A DNA stretch of 56,336 nt from Candidatus Ozemobacteraceae bacterium. GTDB lineage: Bacteria > Muiribacteriota > Ozemobacteria > Ozemobacterales > Ozemobacteraceae. The DNA lies in NCBI GenBank assembly GCA_036567845.1, contig DATCTT010000298.1, positions 1-56,336 of the forward strand, read 5' to 3'. This document shows positions 1 through 10,087 of this stretch, piece by piece. Below the pieces are notes generated by a model. It was given only the letters and a program-made list of their open reading frames with translations. It searched no databases and was not told where the DNA came from. A program made the position numbers and the translations under genes. Numbering within the stretch: the first letter of the stretch is position 1; every line of letters begins with the position of its first letter.

Positions 1-25
1 TCGGGTTATACCTGCAGCGAATGAG

Positions 26-526
26 CTAGCGGCGCGCCTCCCGAACCATATGCGGGAGCTGTGGCACCAGCAGGCGCAGGGCGGCGAGCCGGACGGCCTT
101 CGTCGAACCGGGCAGGCAGACGAGGATCTTCCCCGCGGCCAGGCCAGCTGTCGAGCGGCTCAGCATTGCCGCAGGGCCAATCTGCTGGAAAGACAGGAGC
201 CGGAACAGCTCGCCGAACCCCTCGAGCTCTTTTTGCATCAGGCTCCGGGCGACCTCGATCGTCCCGTCACGGGAGGTCAGGCCGGTACCGCCGTTCGTCA
301 CGATCGCATCAAGAGAGCTGTCCAGCCATCCGCTCAGGGTCGACCGGATGAGCTCCGGCTCCTCCCTGATGACGGCATAGCGATCAATATAGTGCCCGGC
401 GGCGGTCAGCAGCTCTTTCAACACGGCGCCCGACCGGTCCTCGGCCTCGCCGCGCGTGTCGGACAGGGTGAGAATGCCCAGGGACAGGGATTTCGGCGCC
501 TCGGCCTCGTGATCATGATGGGACAT
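26..526 (-). CDS. moaB: Molybdenum cofactor biosynthesis protein MoaB/MogA family
   Basis: Motifs ILTLSDTR..EDRSG, TNGGTGLTSRDGT, KELEGFGELFR, AMLSRSTAG, CLPGS match MoaB/MogA. Confidence 0.92.
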   Translation of the reverse strand: MSHHDHEAEAPKSLSLGILTLSDTRGEAEDRSGAVLKELLTAAGHYIDRYAVIREEPELIRSTLSGWLDSSLDAIVTNGGTGLTSRDGTIEVARSLMQKELEGFGELFRLLSFQQIGPAAMLSRSTAGLAAGKILVCLPGSTKAVRLAALRLLVPQLPHMVREARR

Positions 527-542
527 CGTCGTTCCTCCCGGT

Positions 543-1772
543 TCACCGAAGACCGACGGCCAGAAGCGACACGTCGTCGTGGAATCCGCCGGCCCCGGAC
601 CAGGCCTCTGCCTCGGCGATCAGGCCGGCAACGCACTCTTTCAGACTGCACTCCGCCAGGCGGCCCAGCGCCCCGATCATCCCGAAGCGGCCAAACTGCC
701 GGCCATCCTCGCCATGCGCCTCGGCAAGACCGTCCGAGAACAGGAAAAGGCGGTCGCCACGTCGCAGGGCTACCTCCCGCTCCTCGAATATCGCGTTCTC
801 GACGAAGCCGATCGGATATCCGCCCCCCTCCAGGCTCGTCGAACCCTCCCCCGGGCGGAACACCACGGGCAGCGGATGCCCGGCCGATGCATACCGGAGG
901 CGGGAGGTCTTCACATTCAGGACGCCATAAAATATTGTAAAATATTGTACGAGATCGGCTTCGAAGGGGAACTGGTCGTTCAGCTTCCCCAGAACCTCCG
1001 CAGGCGGGCTCAGTCGGTATCCGGGCGCGGCATCCGTCAGGGATTTGAGCAGCGTCGACTGGATGGGAAACGGCGAGATCGTCCGGCTGAGCGAGACCGA
1101 CAGAAGGGCCGCGGCAGTTCCGCTGCCAGAGACATCGAGCACGTAGAATCCGACATGATCCTCATCGAGCCGAAACACGTTGAGGCCGTCGCCGGCAAGT
1201 TCCAGACGTGGCCTGTAGGTCCAGGCAAACTCGGCTTCGGAAACCGCCGGAAGCGAACTCGGGAGAAGCGAGGTCTGGATTTTGGCGACGGCATACAGAT
1301 CCTGCTTCATCAAGGCGTTCGCACGCGCGATTGCCCTGTTCGCCTCCTCGAGTCGTGTCATCCGCTGGCGGAGCTCGCTTTCGAGGTCGAGCAGCCGCTC
1401 GGCGACGGCAAGCCGGGCAAGGACGTCCGCCGTGCGGAGGGGACGCACCAGAACGTCGTCGACGTCATCTTGCCACCCCGGCGGGAACCGGTTCATCGTT
1501 TCCGGCCGGACAACGATCACCCGGTGAATCAACAAATTCCCGATGCTGCGCAGGAGAGCAAAGGCGCCATGCGGGTCGGCATCGCCGTCGAGAATCACGA
1601 CGGCGGGGTGATGGCGCATGATCCGCTCGGCATGACTCTGACCGGGGATCTCGTGGAACACCTCGTATCCATTCTCGGAAAGGCGTTTCGCGAGAGAGGC
1701 GGATGCGCGGGAAGCAGCAAAACCGAGCACAGCCGCGCGTGTCTTCCCGGGAGAAAGCTTCCCGCAACTCAT
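543..1772 (-). CDS. Atypical receiver domain + coiled coil + PP2C/SpoIIE (RsbU/RsbP-like) phosphatase
   Basis: N-terminal VVILD and DDVLVRP receiver-like segments, then coiled coil, IQTSLLP, AGDG, LDVSGSG, YFTIFY, SAGHP, FSDGLAE, DDVSLL. Confidence 0.85.
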   Translation of the reverse strand: MSCGKLSPGKTRAAVLGFAASRASASLAKRLSENGYEVFHEIPGQSHAERIMRHHPAVVILDGDADPHGAFALLRSIGNLLIHRVIVVRPETMNRFPPGWQDDVDDVLVRPLRTADVLARLAVAERLLDLESELRQRMTRLEEANRAIARANALMKQDLYAVAKIQTSLLPSSLPAVSEAEFAWTYRPRLELAGDGLNVFRLDEDHVGFYVLDVSGSGTAAALLSVSLSRTISPFPIQSTLLKSLTDAAPGYRLSPPAEVLGKLNDQFPFEADLVQYFTIFYGVLNVKTSRLRYASAGHPLPVVFRPGEGSTSLEGGGYPIGFVENAIFEEREVALRRGDRLFLFSDGLAEAHGEDGRQFGRFGMIGALGRLAECSLKECVAGLIAEAEAWSGAGGFHDDVSLLAVGLR

Positions 1773-2494
1773 CCGGCGCCCCCGTCATCGACGCGGATGC
1801 CGATCCCGCGCACGAGCTCCGCGAGCTCGGGATCATCGAGCAACAAAAAGGCAAGACTCGGTCGGCCCAACGGACGGGCAGAGTCGGATTGAAACGCCGT
1901 GTTGGCGCGGCTCTCCAGTAGCACGGCATCCGTGGTGCCATCCGGTTCGATACCGAGGCACAGCTCCCCCTCCTTCCCTCCAGGCAGGATCATGTCGAAC
2001 AGCCAGGCCGCACGATATGTCCCCCCCTGCCGCAGAGACGTGCTCAGGGTCGCTATGAAGGTCAGAGGCGGAACCGGATCGGGTGTGGCGATGATCATCT
2101 CGTCCCCCCTGTCGCATTCCACCATTTCGATTCCGCTACCGGACGCAACGGCCTTTTCGAGCTGGTGCTTCAGGGCCGCGAGATCATTCCCCCGCACGGG
2201 AAGCCGGCGGTCCGAGTCGGGATCGATGATGAAACCGTTCCGCCCCTCCCTGACCACACGATCAATCAGTTCACGGACGGACACCTCCTGCCACTCGATT
2301 CCGGTCCGGCGGGCGTCTTCCCGCCCGGGGCCGGTGTATACCGGCAGCAGTTCCGGCGCCCGGCCCTCATCGGGGGCGGCAACAAACAGCATCTGCCGTC
2401 CCAACAGCGGGAGCAGACAGTGAGGAACGGCTTCGACGCCGGCGATGGCATCGAGCGCCCGGGCCAGATCGTCCCGATTCGAGGAAGTGGTCAT
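1769..2494 (-). CDS. SseB-family-like protein
   Basis: LPVYT and FIIDPDS segments followed by a C-terminal AWL..LCLGIE domain resemble SseB/SseB_C. Overlaps both neighbours by 4 nt. Confidence 0.5.
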   Translation of the reverse strand: MTTSSNRDDLARALDAIAGVEAVPHCLLPLLGRQMLFVAAPDEGRAPELLPVYTGPGREDARRTGIEWQEVSVRELIDRVVREGRNGFIIDPDSDRRLPVRGNDLAALKHQLEKAVASGSGIEMVECDRGDEMIIATPDPVPPLTFIATLSTSLRQGGTYRAAWLFDMILPGGKEGELCLGIEPDGTTDAVLLESRANTAFQSDSARPLGRPSLAFLLLDDPELAELVRGIGIRVDDGGAG

Positions 2495-3126
2495 GCCCTG
2501 TTCTCCATTCCGGCCCGCATCGATTCAGGCAGCAGCGGGCCAAGCCGGAACCGGATCCAGGAGTCCAGCTCCTGAAGCGTCCGGTCGTTGTCGCAGAAGA
2601 TCACGCGCCCATCGTCGACGGGCTCACGGTCCTGAGCCAGCAGCCGGACCCGCGCCAGCTCGACCGGCAGTCCCCGTGTCGAGACGATCCGGTTGAGGCG
2701 CATCAGATCCGGTGCCCGCACATACAAAATCACCTGGCACAGACGGTCGAGACCCATCGTATACAGCAGCGCCGCGTTAACGAGAACGAGCGGGGCCCCT
2801 TTCCGGTGCTCCTCCTCGAGGAGCTCCTCGACCTCCCGATTCATGGCCGGGTGCATGACCCGGTTCAGCGAGGCCGTCGCCTCCGATGAAGCAAACGCCA
2901 GCTCTCCGAGGCGGCGCCGGTCGATTCCGCCGTCTTCCCGGAGAATGGAGGGGCCGAAGATCCGTGCCAGCCGCTGCTGGATCCCGGGGCGGGTCAGCAC
3001 CGTATGGCCGACCTGGTCGACCTCGAGATTGACGGCTCCGAAACCGGTGAGGATCCCGGCCAGGGTCGTCTTGCCCGAGCCGATGGGGCCAGTGATCCCC
3101 CAAACGGCAAAACGCGGATCATGCAT
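2491..3126 (-). CDS. coaE: Dephospho-CoA kinase
   Basis: GITGPIGSGKTT P-loop, IDRRRLGELAF, MHPAM, AALLY. Start set at MHDP (3126), which overlaps the upstream kinase stop. Confidence 0.9.
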   Translation of the reverse strand: MHDPRFAVWGITGPIGSGKTTLAGILTGFGAVNLEVDQVGHTVLTRPGIQQRLARIFGPSILREDGGIDRRRLGELAFASSEATASLNRVMHPAMNREVEELLEEEHRKGAPLVLVNAALLYTMGLDRLCQVILYVRAPDLMRLNRIVSTRGLPVELARVRLLAQDREPVDDGRVIFCDNDRTLQELDSWIRFRLGPLLPESMRAGMENRA

Positions 3127-5128
3127 GCTGAGCGGCCCCCTGAGCTTCGGATTGGAGCGGCAGAAACACCGAGAAGGTCGAGCCCTGGCCCAGAACGCTG
3201 TCGACCTCGATCCGTCCCCCATGCTCCTCGACGATGCGAAGAGCGGTCGACAGCCCCAGCCCGGTGCCGTCCTCCTTCGTCGTCATGAACGGGTCGAAGA
3301 TGGTGCGGAGCCGGTCGGCATGGATGCCGCAGCCGGTATCCTGAAAGGCCGTAACGAGACCGTTCGGCCGCGACTCGATGCGCACCGTCAGCTTTCCGCC
3401 AGCTTTCATCGCCTGGATCGCATTGGTGAGGATGTTCAGGAACACCTGCTTGAGCTGGTCGGAATCCCCGACCACGGTCGGCAGCTCCTCCGGAAACTGT
3501 TTCTCGAGCGCGACGCCGGCTTTCTTGAACTGGTTCCGGATCAGGAGGAAACAGGCATCGAGAATCTCGGGCAGATCGAGCGGCACGGCCTTGGGCTTGG
3601 TCGGCCGCGCGAAATCGAGCAGATTCGCGATGATGCGCTCCAGACGGTCGATCTCGTTCTGGATGATCGTCAGCGGCTCGCGCTTCGGGTCGCCGTCCTG
3701 GAACTCGGACATGAGAAGCTGGACGATCATTTTCATCCCGGTGAGGGGGTTGCGGATCTCGTGGGCGATGCCAGCCGCCAGAACCCCAAGCGCGGAAAGC
3801 CGGTCGGCCCGCTTCAGCTGGTCCTCGAGCCGCGACACCTGGGTGACATCCTTGCAGAAACAAGCCGTTCCCAGCATCATGCCCTGCTCGTCCCGGAACG
3901 GGAAGGCGTTCACCTCGAGGATACAGGGCGGGGAAACGTGCTCCAGACGAAGTTTCCGGTTTTCCAGGGTAACCTTGCCTTCGAGCGCCTCGTTCACCAC
4001 GGCCAGCAGCGGGGGCGGCATGATCTCACCGCCGCGTTCCGCCGTCCAGCCTTCGGGAACGGGCCGTTCGAGAATGCGCGCCATTTCGTGATTCGCGAAG
4101 GTGACCACGCCGTTATTGTCGAAAATGAGGACCCCCGAGGTCATCGACTCGAGGATGTGCTGCGTGAATCCGCGCAGCCGCAGCAGATCACGGAACAGGT
4201 GATCGATCGAGGCAATCTGGGTCGTGATGATGCGCAGTCCGATGATGTCCTCGTCTCGATACGCGTAGGACTTGCGGCTCGCAACCATCACGACACCCAT
4301 CAGACGGCCCGAAACGACAACGGGGAGGACAAGAACGGATTTATACTCTTCCGTATACGTGAGATAGGGTTTCTGCTCACGGGCGGCCTTGCCGATCTGG
4401 CCTTCGCCGATGGCAACCCGAGTCGGGTATGGTGCGTTCGTGGCCGTGCTCCGGGCCTCGAGCGTCGTGCCGTCGGGGCTGACGAGATACAGCAGATACA
4501 CGTCGAAGTCGATGAAGCTCTGGATCACCTTTCCCAGGGCATCGTAGACGTCGCGCAGGTCGATCATCGACTCGGCCCGCTGGGAGATGTCATACAGGGC
4601 CGAGAGGCGCGAGTTCTTGTGGATCATCTCGGTATGCAGCCGGAAGTTCTCGAGCAGCGAGCCGAGGAACGGCGTGAGGATCTCAAGAAAGCTCTGATGC
4701 TCCGGCGTGAAATCCCCGTCGGCCGGCCGGCGGAAGATGAACAGCAGGGCGACAGGCTTTCCGGCAAGCTTGACGGGCATCAACAGGACCGATCCGGCTT
4801 CGGGACCGGGGGCGAGTTCTGCCGGCAGGGGCCGGTCGGGGGTGTAGCGTTCCATGATGCCGCCGTGGAAGGCACGAAAGCACGAGCCGAGGAAGGCGCC
4901 GGTCCAGGCCGGCCGGTCATGATCGTGGGGAAGGCTTTCGATCATCGGGACCATCTCGCGCAGCTTCTCATGCGGCGTCAGCAAGACGGCCCCGCGGGAC
5001 TCGGTGACCGCAACAGCGCTGTCGACAAGGAACCGCATCGCCCGGTCGGGACTGAGGTGCGAAATGGCCTGCGCGATCTCCCGAAGCAGGGAAATGGCGA
5101 TGACAGGCTTATCTCCGGTCACGGACAT
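3119..5128 (-). CDS. Soluble GAF-GAF-PAS sensor histidine kinase (NtrB-like core)
   Basis: H-box [13 protein letters not shown]-box [32 protein letters not shown]; two GAF-like and one PAS-like region; no TM helix. GGGAG RBS upstream of MSVTG (5128). Confidence 0.9.
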   Translation of the reverse strand: MSVTGDKPVIAISLLREIAQAISHLSPDRAMRFLVDSAVAVTESRGAVLLTPHEKLREMVPMIESLPHDHDRPAWTGAFLGSCFRAFHGGIMERYTPDRPLPAELAPGPEAGSVLLMPVKLAGKPVALLFIFRRPADGDFTPEHQSFLEILTPFLGSLLENFRLHTEMIHKNSRLSALYDISQRAESMIDLRDVYDALGKVIQSFIDFDVYLLYLVSPDGTTLEARSTATNAPYPTRVAIGEGQIGKAAREQKPYLTYTEEYKSVLVLPVVVSGRLMGVVMVASRKSYAYRDEDIIGLRIITTQIASIDHLFRDLLRLRGFTQHILESMTSGVLIFDNNGVVTFANHEMARILERPVPEGWTAERGGEIMPPPLLAVVNEALEGKVTLENRKLRLEHVSPPCILEVNAFPFRDEQGMMLGTACFCKDVTQVSRLEDQLKRADRLSALGVLAAGIAHEIRNPLTGMKMIVQLLMSEFQDGDPKREPLTIIQNEIDRLERIIANLLDFARPTKPKAVPLDLPEILDACFLLIRNQFKKAGVALEKQFPEELPTVVGDSDQLKQVFLNILTNAIQAMKAGGKLTVRIESRPNGLVTAFQDTGCGIHADRLRTIFDPFMTTKEDGTGLGLSTALRIVEEHGGRIEVDSVLGQGSTFSVFLPLQSEAQGAAQHA

Positions 5129-5167
5129 CGTTGGCTCCCGACAGCATGCACGTGTGGTATCGCCCGG

Positions 5168-5176
5168 AGCATAGCA
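5168..5176 (-). promoter_or_regulatory. Candidate extended -10 (TGCTATGCT) for the kinase operon
   Basis: TGnTANNNT match 40 nt upstream of the 5128 start. Confidence 0.4.
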
Positions 5177-5230
5177 CATCCCGCCCCCGAAATGCGAATC
5201 CGCCGGCCGGGTGACGACCTGCGCCGAACA

Positions 5231-5239
5231 TGCTATAGT
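5231..5239 (+). promoter_or_regulatory. Candidate extended -10 (TGCTATAGT)
   Basis: Lies about 30 nt upstream of the GAGGT RBS and ATG at 5271. Confidence 0.55.
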
Positions 5240-5270
5240 GTCGGGCAGCGCCTATACGTCGAGGTATACC

Positions 5271-6890
5271 ATGGTTCGTTTTCCCTCCCTCCGGGGGTCT
5301 TTTGCCCTTCTGCTGCTCACGGCGGTTTTGTTCCTCCCCTCCGCCCTTCCGGCTGCTGCCGCCGGAACGGCAACGTCCCCGTCAGCGCTCCCCGTCACGA
5401 TCCTGTATACAAACGATCACCACTCGCATCTCACCCCCACCGACCTCCCCGAGTTCGGGGCCCAGCTGGGGGGAATGGCCCGGCGATACGAGATGATCCG
5501 CGCCATCCGGGCCAGCGAGCCGCGTGTCCTTCTCCTCGACGGAGGCGACATATTCCAGGGATCCCCCTTCTACTCGTTCTTCAAGGGCAGGGCCGATATC
5601 GCCGCCTACTCCCTGTGTGGCTACGACGCGACGACCCTCGGCAATCACGATCTGGACGACGGTCTTTCGAACAATATTGAACAGTATAAAAAAGCGGAAT
5701 TTCCTCTGCTCTGCGCCAACGTGGCGAACGCCTCGGATGGTAGCCTCGTGTTCCCGCCGTTCCGGATCATCGAGCGGGGCGGTCTACGCATCGGCGTGGC
5801 CGGCATCATCGGCAGCTCGGCCTGGGAGGTCATTGCGCAGTCACTCCGCCGCGGATTGCGGCTGATCGATCCCACGCTCGCCGCCACCGCCGTCGTCGCG
5901 GTCCTGCGCCCGCAAACGGATCTGGTCGTTCTTCTCTCCCACTCGGGCTACGAACGCGACCTGGAGCTCGCGGCACGGGTGCCGGGCATCGACGTGATCA
6001 TCGGCGGCCACACGAACACCTACGTCGAATCCCCGACCGTGGTGCGCCAGGATCCCGTCGTCGTCCCCTCGCCGACCGGCAGGGGCTTCGGAACGATCGT
6101 GCTCCAGGCGTTCAAGTGGGGCGCCTTCCTTGGCCGGCTCGATCTGCTCGTGGAGCGGGGCGGCCCAGTGGTCCAGGCCCACGGCGGCCTGATCCCCCTC
6201 TCGGCCTCCGTAACGGTGCCGCTCGATTCCCCGATGACCCCGCTCATCGAGTCTTTCGCCGAGCAGATCAGGGCCAGGACGACCCAGGTCGTGGGCCACT
6301 GTGCGGTCAGCTTTCCCTATCCCGAGAAGCGCAAACACCTCGAATCCCTGCCGCTGGGCAGCCTCGTGGCCCAGAGCCTGATCGAGTTCACCGGAGCCGA
6401 CCTCGCGATCATCAACTCGGGCTGCATCCGTGAGCCCCTTCCCGAGGGGCCGGTCACGATGGGCCGGATTTTCAGCATTCTGCCGTTCGACAACACCGTC
6501 GTGACGATGGAAATGCGGGGCGCCGACATCCTCGATATGCTCGGCTTCATCTGCGCCCAGTATGGGGCGATCACCGGCTACCAGTATGCCGGCGCCACCT
6601 TCACCTTCGACGTGGCCGCCCGGAAGCTCTCTGATGCGCGCATCGGCGGGAAACCGATTGACCCCGGCCACACCTACCGGGTCGTCACCATCTCCTACCT
6701 CGCGGACGGCAACCAGCACGGGACGGTTTTGTTCCGCAACGCGACGAACCGCAGGGACGACGGGTATTACTACCGGGAGGCCTTCCTCGACTACGTCCAT
6801 CGGCACGGCACGATCTCCCTGCCGCCCGTTCCCTCGCCGCTCCGTCTGGTCGGCGCCGAGGGTCTGGTTCCCACATACGACAAAAAATAA
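5271..6890 (+). CDS. Secreted 5'-nucleotidase / bifunctional metallophosphoesterase (UshA-like)
   Basis: Signal peptide; TNDHHSH, LDGGD, GNHD, LSHSG, GGHTN motifs; C-terminal INSGCIR..LPFDN and SYLADG of the 5'-nucleotidase C domain. Confidence 0.9.
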   Translation: MVRFPSLRGSFALLLLTAVLFLPSALPAAAAGTATSPSALPVTILYTNDHHSHLTPTDLPEFGAQLGGMARRYEMIRAIRASEPRVLLLDGGDIFQGSPFYSFFKGRADIAAYSLCGYDATTLGNHDLDDGLSNNIEQYKKAEFPLLCANVANASDGSLVFPPFRIIERGGLRIGVAGIIGSSAWEVIAQSLRRGLRLIDPTLAATAVVAVLRPQTDLVVLLSHSGYERDLELAARVPGIDVIIGGHTNTYVESPTVVRQDPVVVPSPTGRGFGTIVLQAFKWGAFLGRLDLLVERGGPVVQAHGGLIPLSASVTVPLDSPMTPLIESFAEQIRARTTQVVGHCAVSFPYPEKRKHLESLPLGSLVAQSLIEFTGADLAIINSGCIREPLPEGPVTMGRIFSILPFDNTVVTMEMRGADILDMLGFICAQYGAITGYQYAGATFTFDVAARKLSDARIGGKPIDPGHTYRVVTISYLADGNQHGTVLFRNATNRRDDGYYYREAFLDYVHRHGTISLPPVPSPLRLVGAEGLVPTYDKK

Positions 6891-6898
6891 TACGGTCG

Positions 6899-8281
6899 TC
6901 AATAATACCAGAGGTTCACGGCATAAACGGCCGCCGAGGCCCCGACGACCACAGCCATCCCCATCCGGAGGAAGGTTTTCCGGTCCCAGGTGCCGTGCCG
7001 CGCTCCACCGATCAGCCAGTAGACGCGATCCGAAAGCCAGGTGCCGAGAATGAAGGTGGCCACCGACAGGCCCGGCGCGAGGCCGAACCCGCCCAGCAGA
7101 TGGAAGGGCAGGAAAATGCCCGCGAGCAGGGTGGCCCGGGCGATCGGCCAAATGCCAACGAACCATGGCGGAAGCCACGTTCCCCCGCCGTCAGGATGCG
7201 TCCGGCAGTACCATCCCCAGCGGATGCAGAGGTTGCCGGCGATGCTCACCATATAAGGAATGATGTACATGTGATCCGCCCCCGTGCCGGCCTCCATATT
7301 CGCCGCCAGCACCCACAGGAACGAGGCGATGAAGGTGTAGAAAACGGGCCGGATACGGTGCAGCTCACCATGCCGGTCGGGCCGTTCGAGGAACACGTCG
7401 ACCCAGGAGAGGAGGATCGTCGTCAGGAGCACGGGGATATACCAGTCCCAGGTCACGAGGCTCCAGGCCGCGTATCCGGTCAACGCGATGCCGATGAGCC
7501 CCGAAGAGCCCAGCTTCCCTGATGGCCGGGCAATCAGATAGGTCGTGAAGAAGATAATGCCGGCGAGACAGTTCTGAAAGGCCATCTCGGGCACGGACTG
7601 GCGCGTGATCTTGACCAGCACGAACAGCGTGCCGACGGGAACGATCAGGTTGTCGGCCCCATCGAGCGAGACGGCCTCGAACGCCGTGGCCAAAAGCGCG
7701 ATCAGAAGTGCCGAGAGCACGCTTCCCGTGCGATCGATGTCGGTCAGGAGCAGCAGGCAGAGATGGACGATCAGGAACGTCGAGAGAAAAAAGATGATCG
7801 AGCCCTCGACGCTTTTCTTGTCCTCCTCAACCTCGTACAGCTTGAACCCGTAGGACTTGCCGATGATGGCGGCAAGCGAATCCGAGACAGAGAGAACCGC
7901 GATCGCAATGGCGTAGAAGTGCGGTTTGTCGAATTTCATCGCGAACAGATAGGTGATATAGATGGCAAGCGGATGCAGCAGATCCCCCGCCGACTGGCGC
8001 GCGACGCCATGCACGGCGGTCATCAGATGCCAGCGTTTTCCGAGAATGATCATCGAGATGAAGCCGGTCAGCATGGCCAGCAGCGTCCAGTGGGATTTGA
8101 ACACGTAGGCGAAGCTCAGCGAGACGAGGCCGGCTCCGAGATGGACGGTTTTGCGCGTGATCTCCTGCGGGGCCAGATCGAAGCCGCGCAGCAGCTCGGC
8201 AACGCCGAAAATGGCGAGAAAAACCGCACTGACGAGGAGGGCGGAGCTGCATTCGGCATAGAAGAGGTAGAGCGGATCCAT
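6899..8281 (-). CDS. Phytol/dolichol kinase-like (CTP-dependent) membrane protein with an extra C-terminal membrane region
   Basis: RKTVH, SDSLAAIIGKSYG, KKSVEGS, E...GADNLIVP motifs; about 240 further hydrophobic residues. Confidence 0.8.
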   Translation of the reverse strand: MDPLYLFYAECSSALLVSAVFLAIFGVAELLRGFDLAPQEITRKTVHLGAGLVSLSFAYVFKSHWTLLAMLTGFISMIILGKRWHLMTAVHGVARQSAGDLLHPLAIYITYLFAMKFDKPHFYAIAIAVLSVSDSLAAIIGKSYGFKLYEVEEDKKSVEGSIIFFLSTFLIVHLCLLLLTDIDRTGSVLSALLIALLATAFEAVSLDGADNLIVPVGTLFVLVKITRQSVPEMAFQNCLAGIIFFTTYLIARPSGKLGSSGLIGIALTGYAAWSLVTWDWYIPVLLTTILLSWVDVFLERPDRHGELHRIRPVFYTFIASFLWVLAANMEAGTGADHMYIIPYMVSIAGNLCIRWGWYCRTHPDGGGTWLPPWFVGIWPIARATLLAGIFLPFHLLGGFGLAPGLSVATFILGTWLSDRVYWLIGGARHGTWDRKTFLRMGMAVVVGASAAVYAVNLWYY

Positions 8282-8330
8282 TACCGATCAGGGTAACCGG
8301 TTTTCGCCCCCTTCTGCAATCAGAATGATG

Positions 8331-8361
8331 TTGACCCCGGCGCGGGCAGGTATCGTATAAT
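8331..8361 (+). promoter_or_regulatory. Candidate sigma70 promoter TTGACC-19-TATAAT
   Basis: TTGACC 8331-8336 and TATAAT 8356-8361; the spacer is longer than optimal. Confidence 0.4.
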
Positions 8362-8370
8362 GCCGGAGCC

Positions 8371-10002
8371 ATGAGTTCGTACACACCCGATCCGCGATCC
8401 ATCCGGCCGGTCCTGGTCGCTGCGGCCCTCATCTGCCTGCTCGGCGTCCTCCATGCGGCGCCGGAACCGGCCGCGATCAGCCGCGTGGTGGTAACCGTGC
8501 CAGCCGTTCTGGCTGACGACGGGGCATCGACGCGGGGCATCACCCGCCAGTTGCTCGACCTGTGCAAGGCCGCCCCGGGCACCTTAGAGGACCGCCTTCG
8601 CTCGGCCGGAGGCGAGTGGCGTCTCCTTGAAACCCCTGTCGCGGCGCATCTGGTGATGCTCTTTCCCCAGGCCGCATCTGAAGCCGAATCGCTTCTCACC
8701 GGGCTGGCAGCGGCCATCCAGGCGAATCTCCGGCGTCCCCCCACGGGACCGGACCGCGTAACCCTCCAGGAACGCCTTCTCGGGGCGGCTATCGAAACAT
8801 ACCGGGGTCCTGAGGCTCAGCCCTCCCTCTGGATCGACGGCCCTCTTGCCAGCTCACAGGACAGGATCGAAGCGCTTTTCGTGCCGACCGCCTCAGGGGA
8901 AACCCCGACACCGGCCCCCAACGGCGACATGCTGGTCCATCCGGGCAGCCTCCCGGCTGTCGCCCGCCTCCTCATCTGGGAGCCCTCCACCCCGAGCGCC
9001 CATTTCACGGCACGCTATCTGGGCGAGGCATTTTCCAACCTGCCCAACCTGCCGCAGGGTGGAACGGCCTTCGACCTCTGGGATCTCCCGACCCGCACGT
9101 TCCTCGTTCTTCTGGCGTCGGCCCCGCTTCACGAACTGGAGCACCGGGAGCGGATCATCGACTCGTTCATCCGGGACAAGTGCGCCTCATCGACCCATGA
9201 TCCTCGGTGGATCAGCTTCGCTTCGGCATCCCTCGAACTCATCGCTCTCGATCGCCGGGACCTCGCGAAATCAGCGCTCATTTCGGCCCTCGCCACGCGC
9301 AACCGCTGGAACATCGCGCCCCCCGTCACCCTGAAGAATCTGAGGCCGACCTCCATCAGGTCATTCACCATTCTTCCCGACGCTTCCTGGGCCAATCTCT
9401 TCCAGGAGCAGGGCCCTACCCTCCGGCTCATCGCCGCCACAATTCCGGCCAGCTCCGGCTCGACGAACATCGTCGATGCCGTTCTTCTCATCCGCCCCCT
9501 TCCCTCCCATGCCCAGGCCACCATTGACACGATCCACCGGCTGCTCGATGAGGATGTCATCCCCTCCGCCCAGCTGCTGGCCGACTCCCCGACCGAGCTC
9601 CAGCTTTCGATGAGTCTTCCCCTCGCCGAGCTCACCACTGCCCTCACCACGATCCGGTCGCGTCTTTCGGCTTATTTCCAATCCAGTCCGGCCAATCCCG
9701 CCGGAACCGCCACGCTCGCGGTTGTCGGAAACGGCATCCCGCCGTACCGGATTGTCGGAAGGGTCCATGAGGCCTGGCCAATGGGTGAACAGCCGGCTCA
9801 GCAGACCAGCCAGCAGCTCACAGCGGAGCTGGTGAAGGCCCTTCTGAGCGCTCCCACGGCCGGGAATCAGGAGCTTCGCGGCCGCTGGACGCTGTGCGCG
9901 GCCTCCCAGAACACACTCGCCGCCTTCCTCGCGCGACTCGCCGCGGCCGACGTGACGATCCGGTCCCTGAACGAGATCGACCGGCTCCTCATCCAGCCCT
10001 GA
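8371..10002 (+). CDS. Hypothetical exported protein (possibly degenerate M16-peptidase-like fold)
   Basis: Long ORF filling the gap, with signal peptide (RPVLVAAALICLLGVLHA). No catalytic motif recognised. Confidence 0.6.
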   Translation: MSSYTPDPRSIRPVLVAAALICLLGVLHAAPEPAAISRVVVTVPAVLADDGASTRGITRQLLDLCKAAPGTLEDRLRSAGGEWRLLETPVAAHLVMLFPQAASEAESLLTGLAAAIQANLRRPPTGPDRVTLQERLLGAAIETYRGPEAQPSLWIDGPLASSQDRIEALFVPTASGETPTPAPNGDMLVHPGSLPAVARLLIWEPSTPSAHFTARYLGEAFSNLPNLPQGGTAFDLWDLPTRTFLVLLASAPLHELEHRERIIDSFIRDKCASSTHDPRWISFASASLELIALDRRDLAKSALISALATRNRWNIAPPVTLKNLRPTSIRSFTILPDASWANLFQEQGPTLRLIAATIPASSGSTNIVDAVLLIRPLPSHAQATIDTIHRLLDEDVIPSAQLLADSPTELQLSMSLPLAELTTALTTIRSRLSAYFQSSPANPAGTATLAVVGNGIPPYRIVGRVHEAWPMGEQPAQQTSQQLTAELVKALLSAPTAGNQELRGRWTLCAASQNTLAAFLARLAAADVTIRSLNEIDRLLIQP

Positions 10003-10087
10003 CCTTTTTTCCTCTCGGTTTTCTCCCGTTATCTGCCGATAACAGATGTGGATCTTTTTTTGTCCGCCAGGCAGGCAGGAGGAAACC

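Noticed and set aside
579-1892. 437-aa plus-strand ORF
   Set aside because: Antisense to the motif-rich PP2C gene.
2693-5680. 995-aa plus-strand ORF
   Set aside because: Antisense shadow of the kinase and coaE; no motifs; expected from GC-rich codon bias.
5841-7178. 445-aa minus-strand ORF
   Set aside because: Antisense to the 5'-nucleotidase; no recognisable features.
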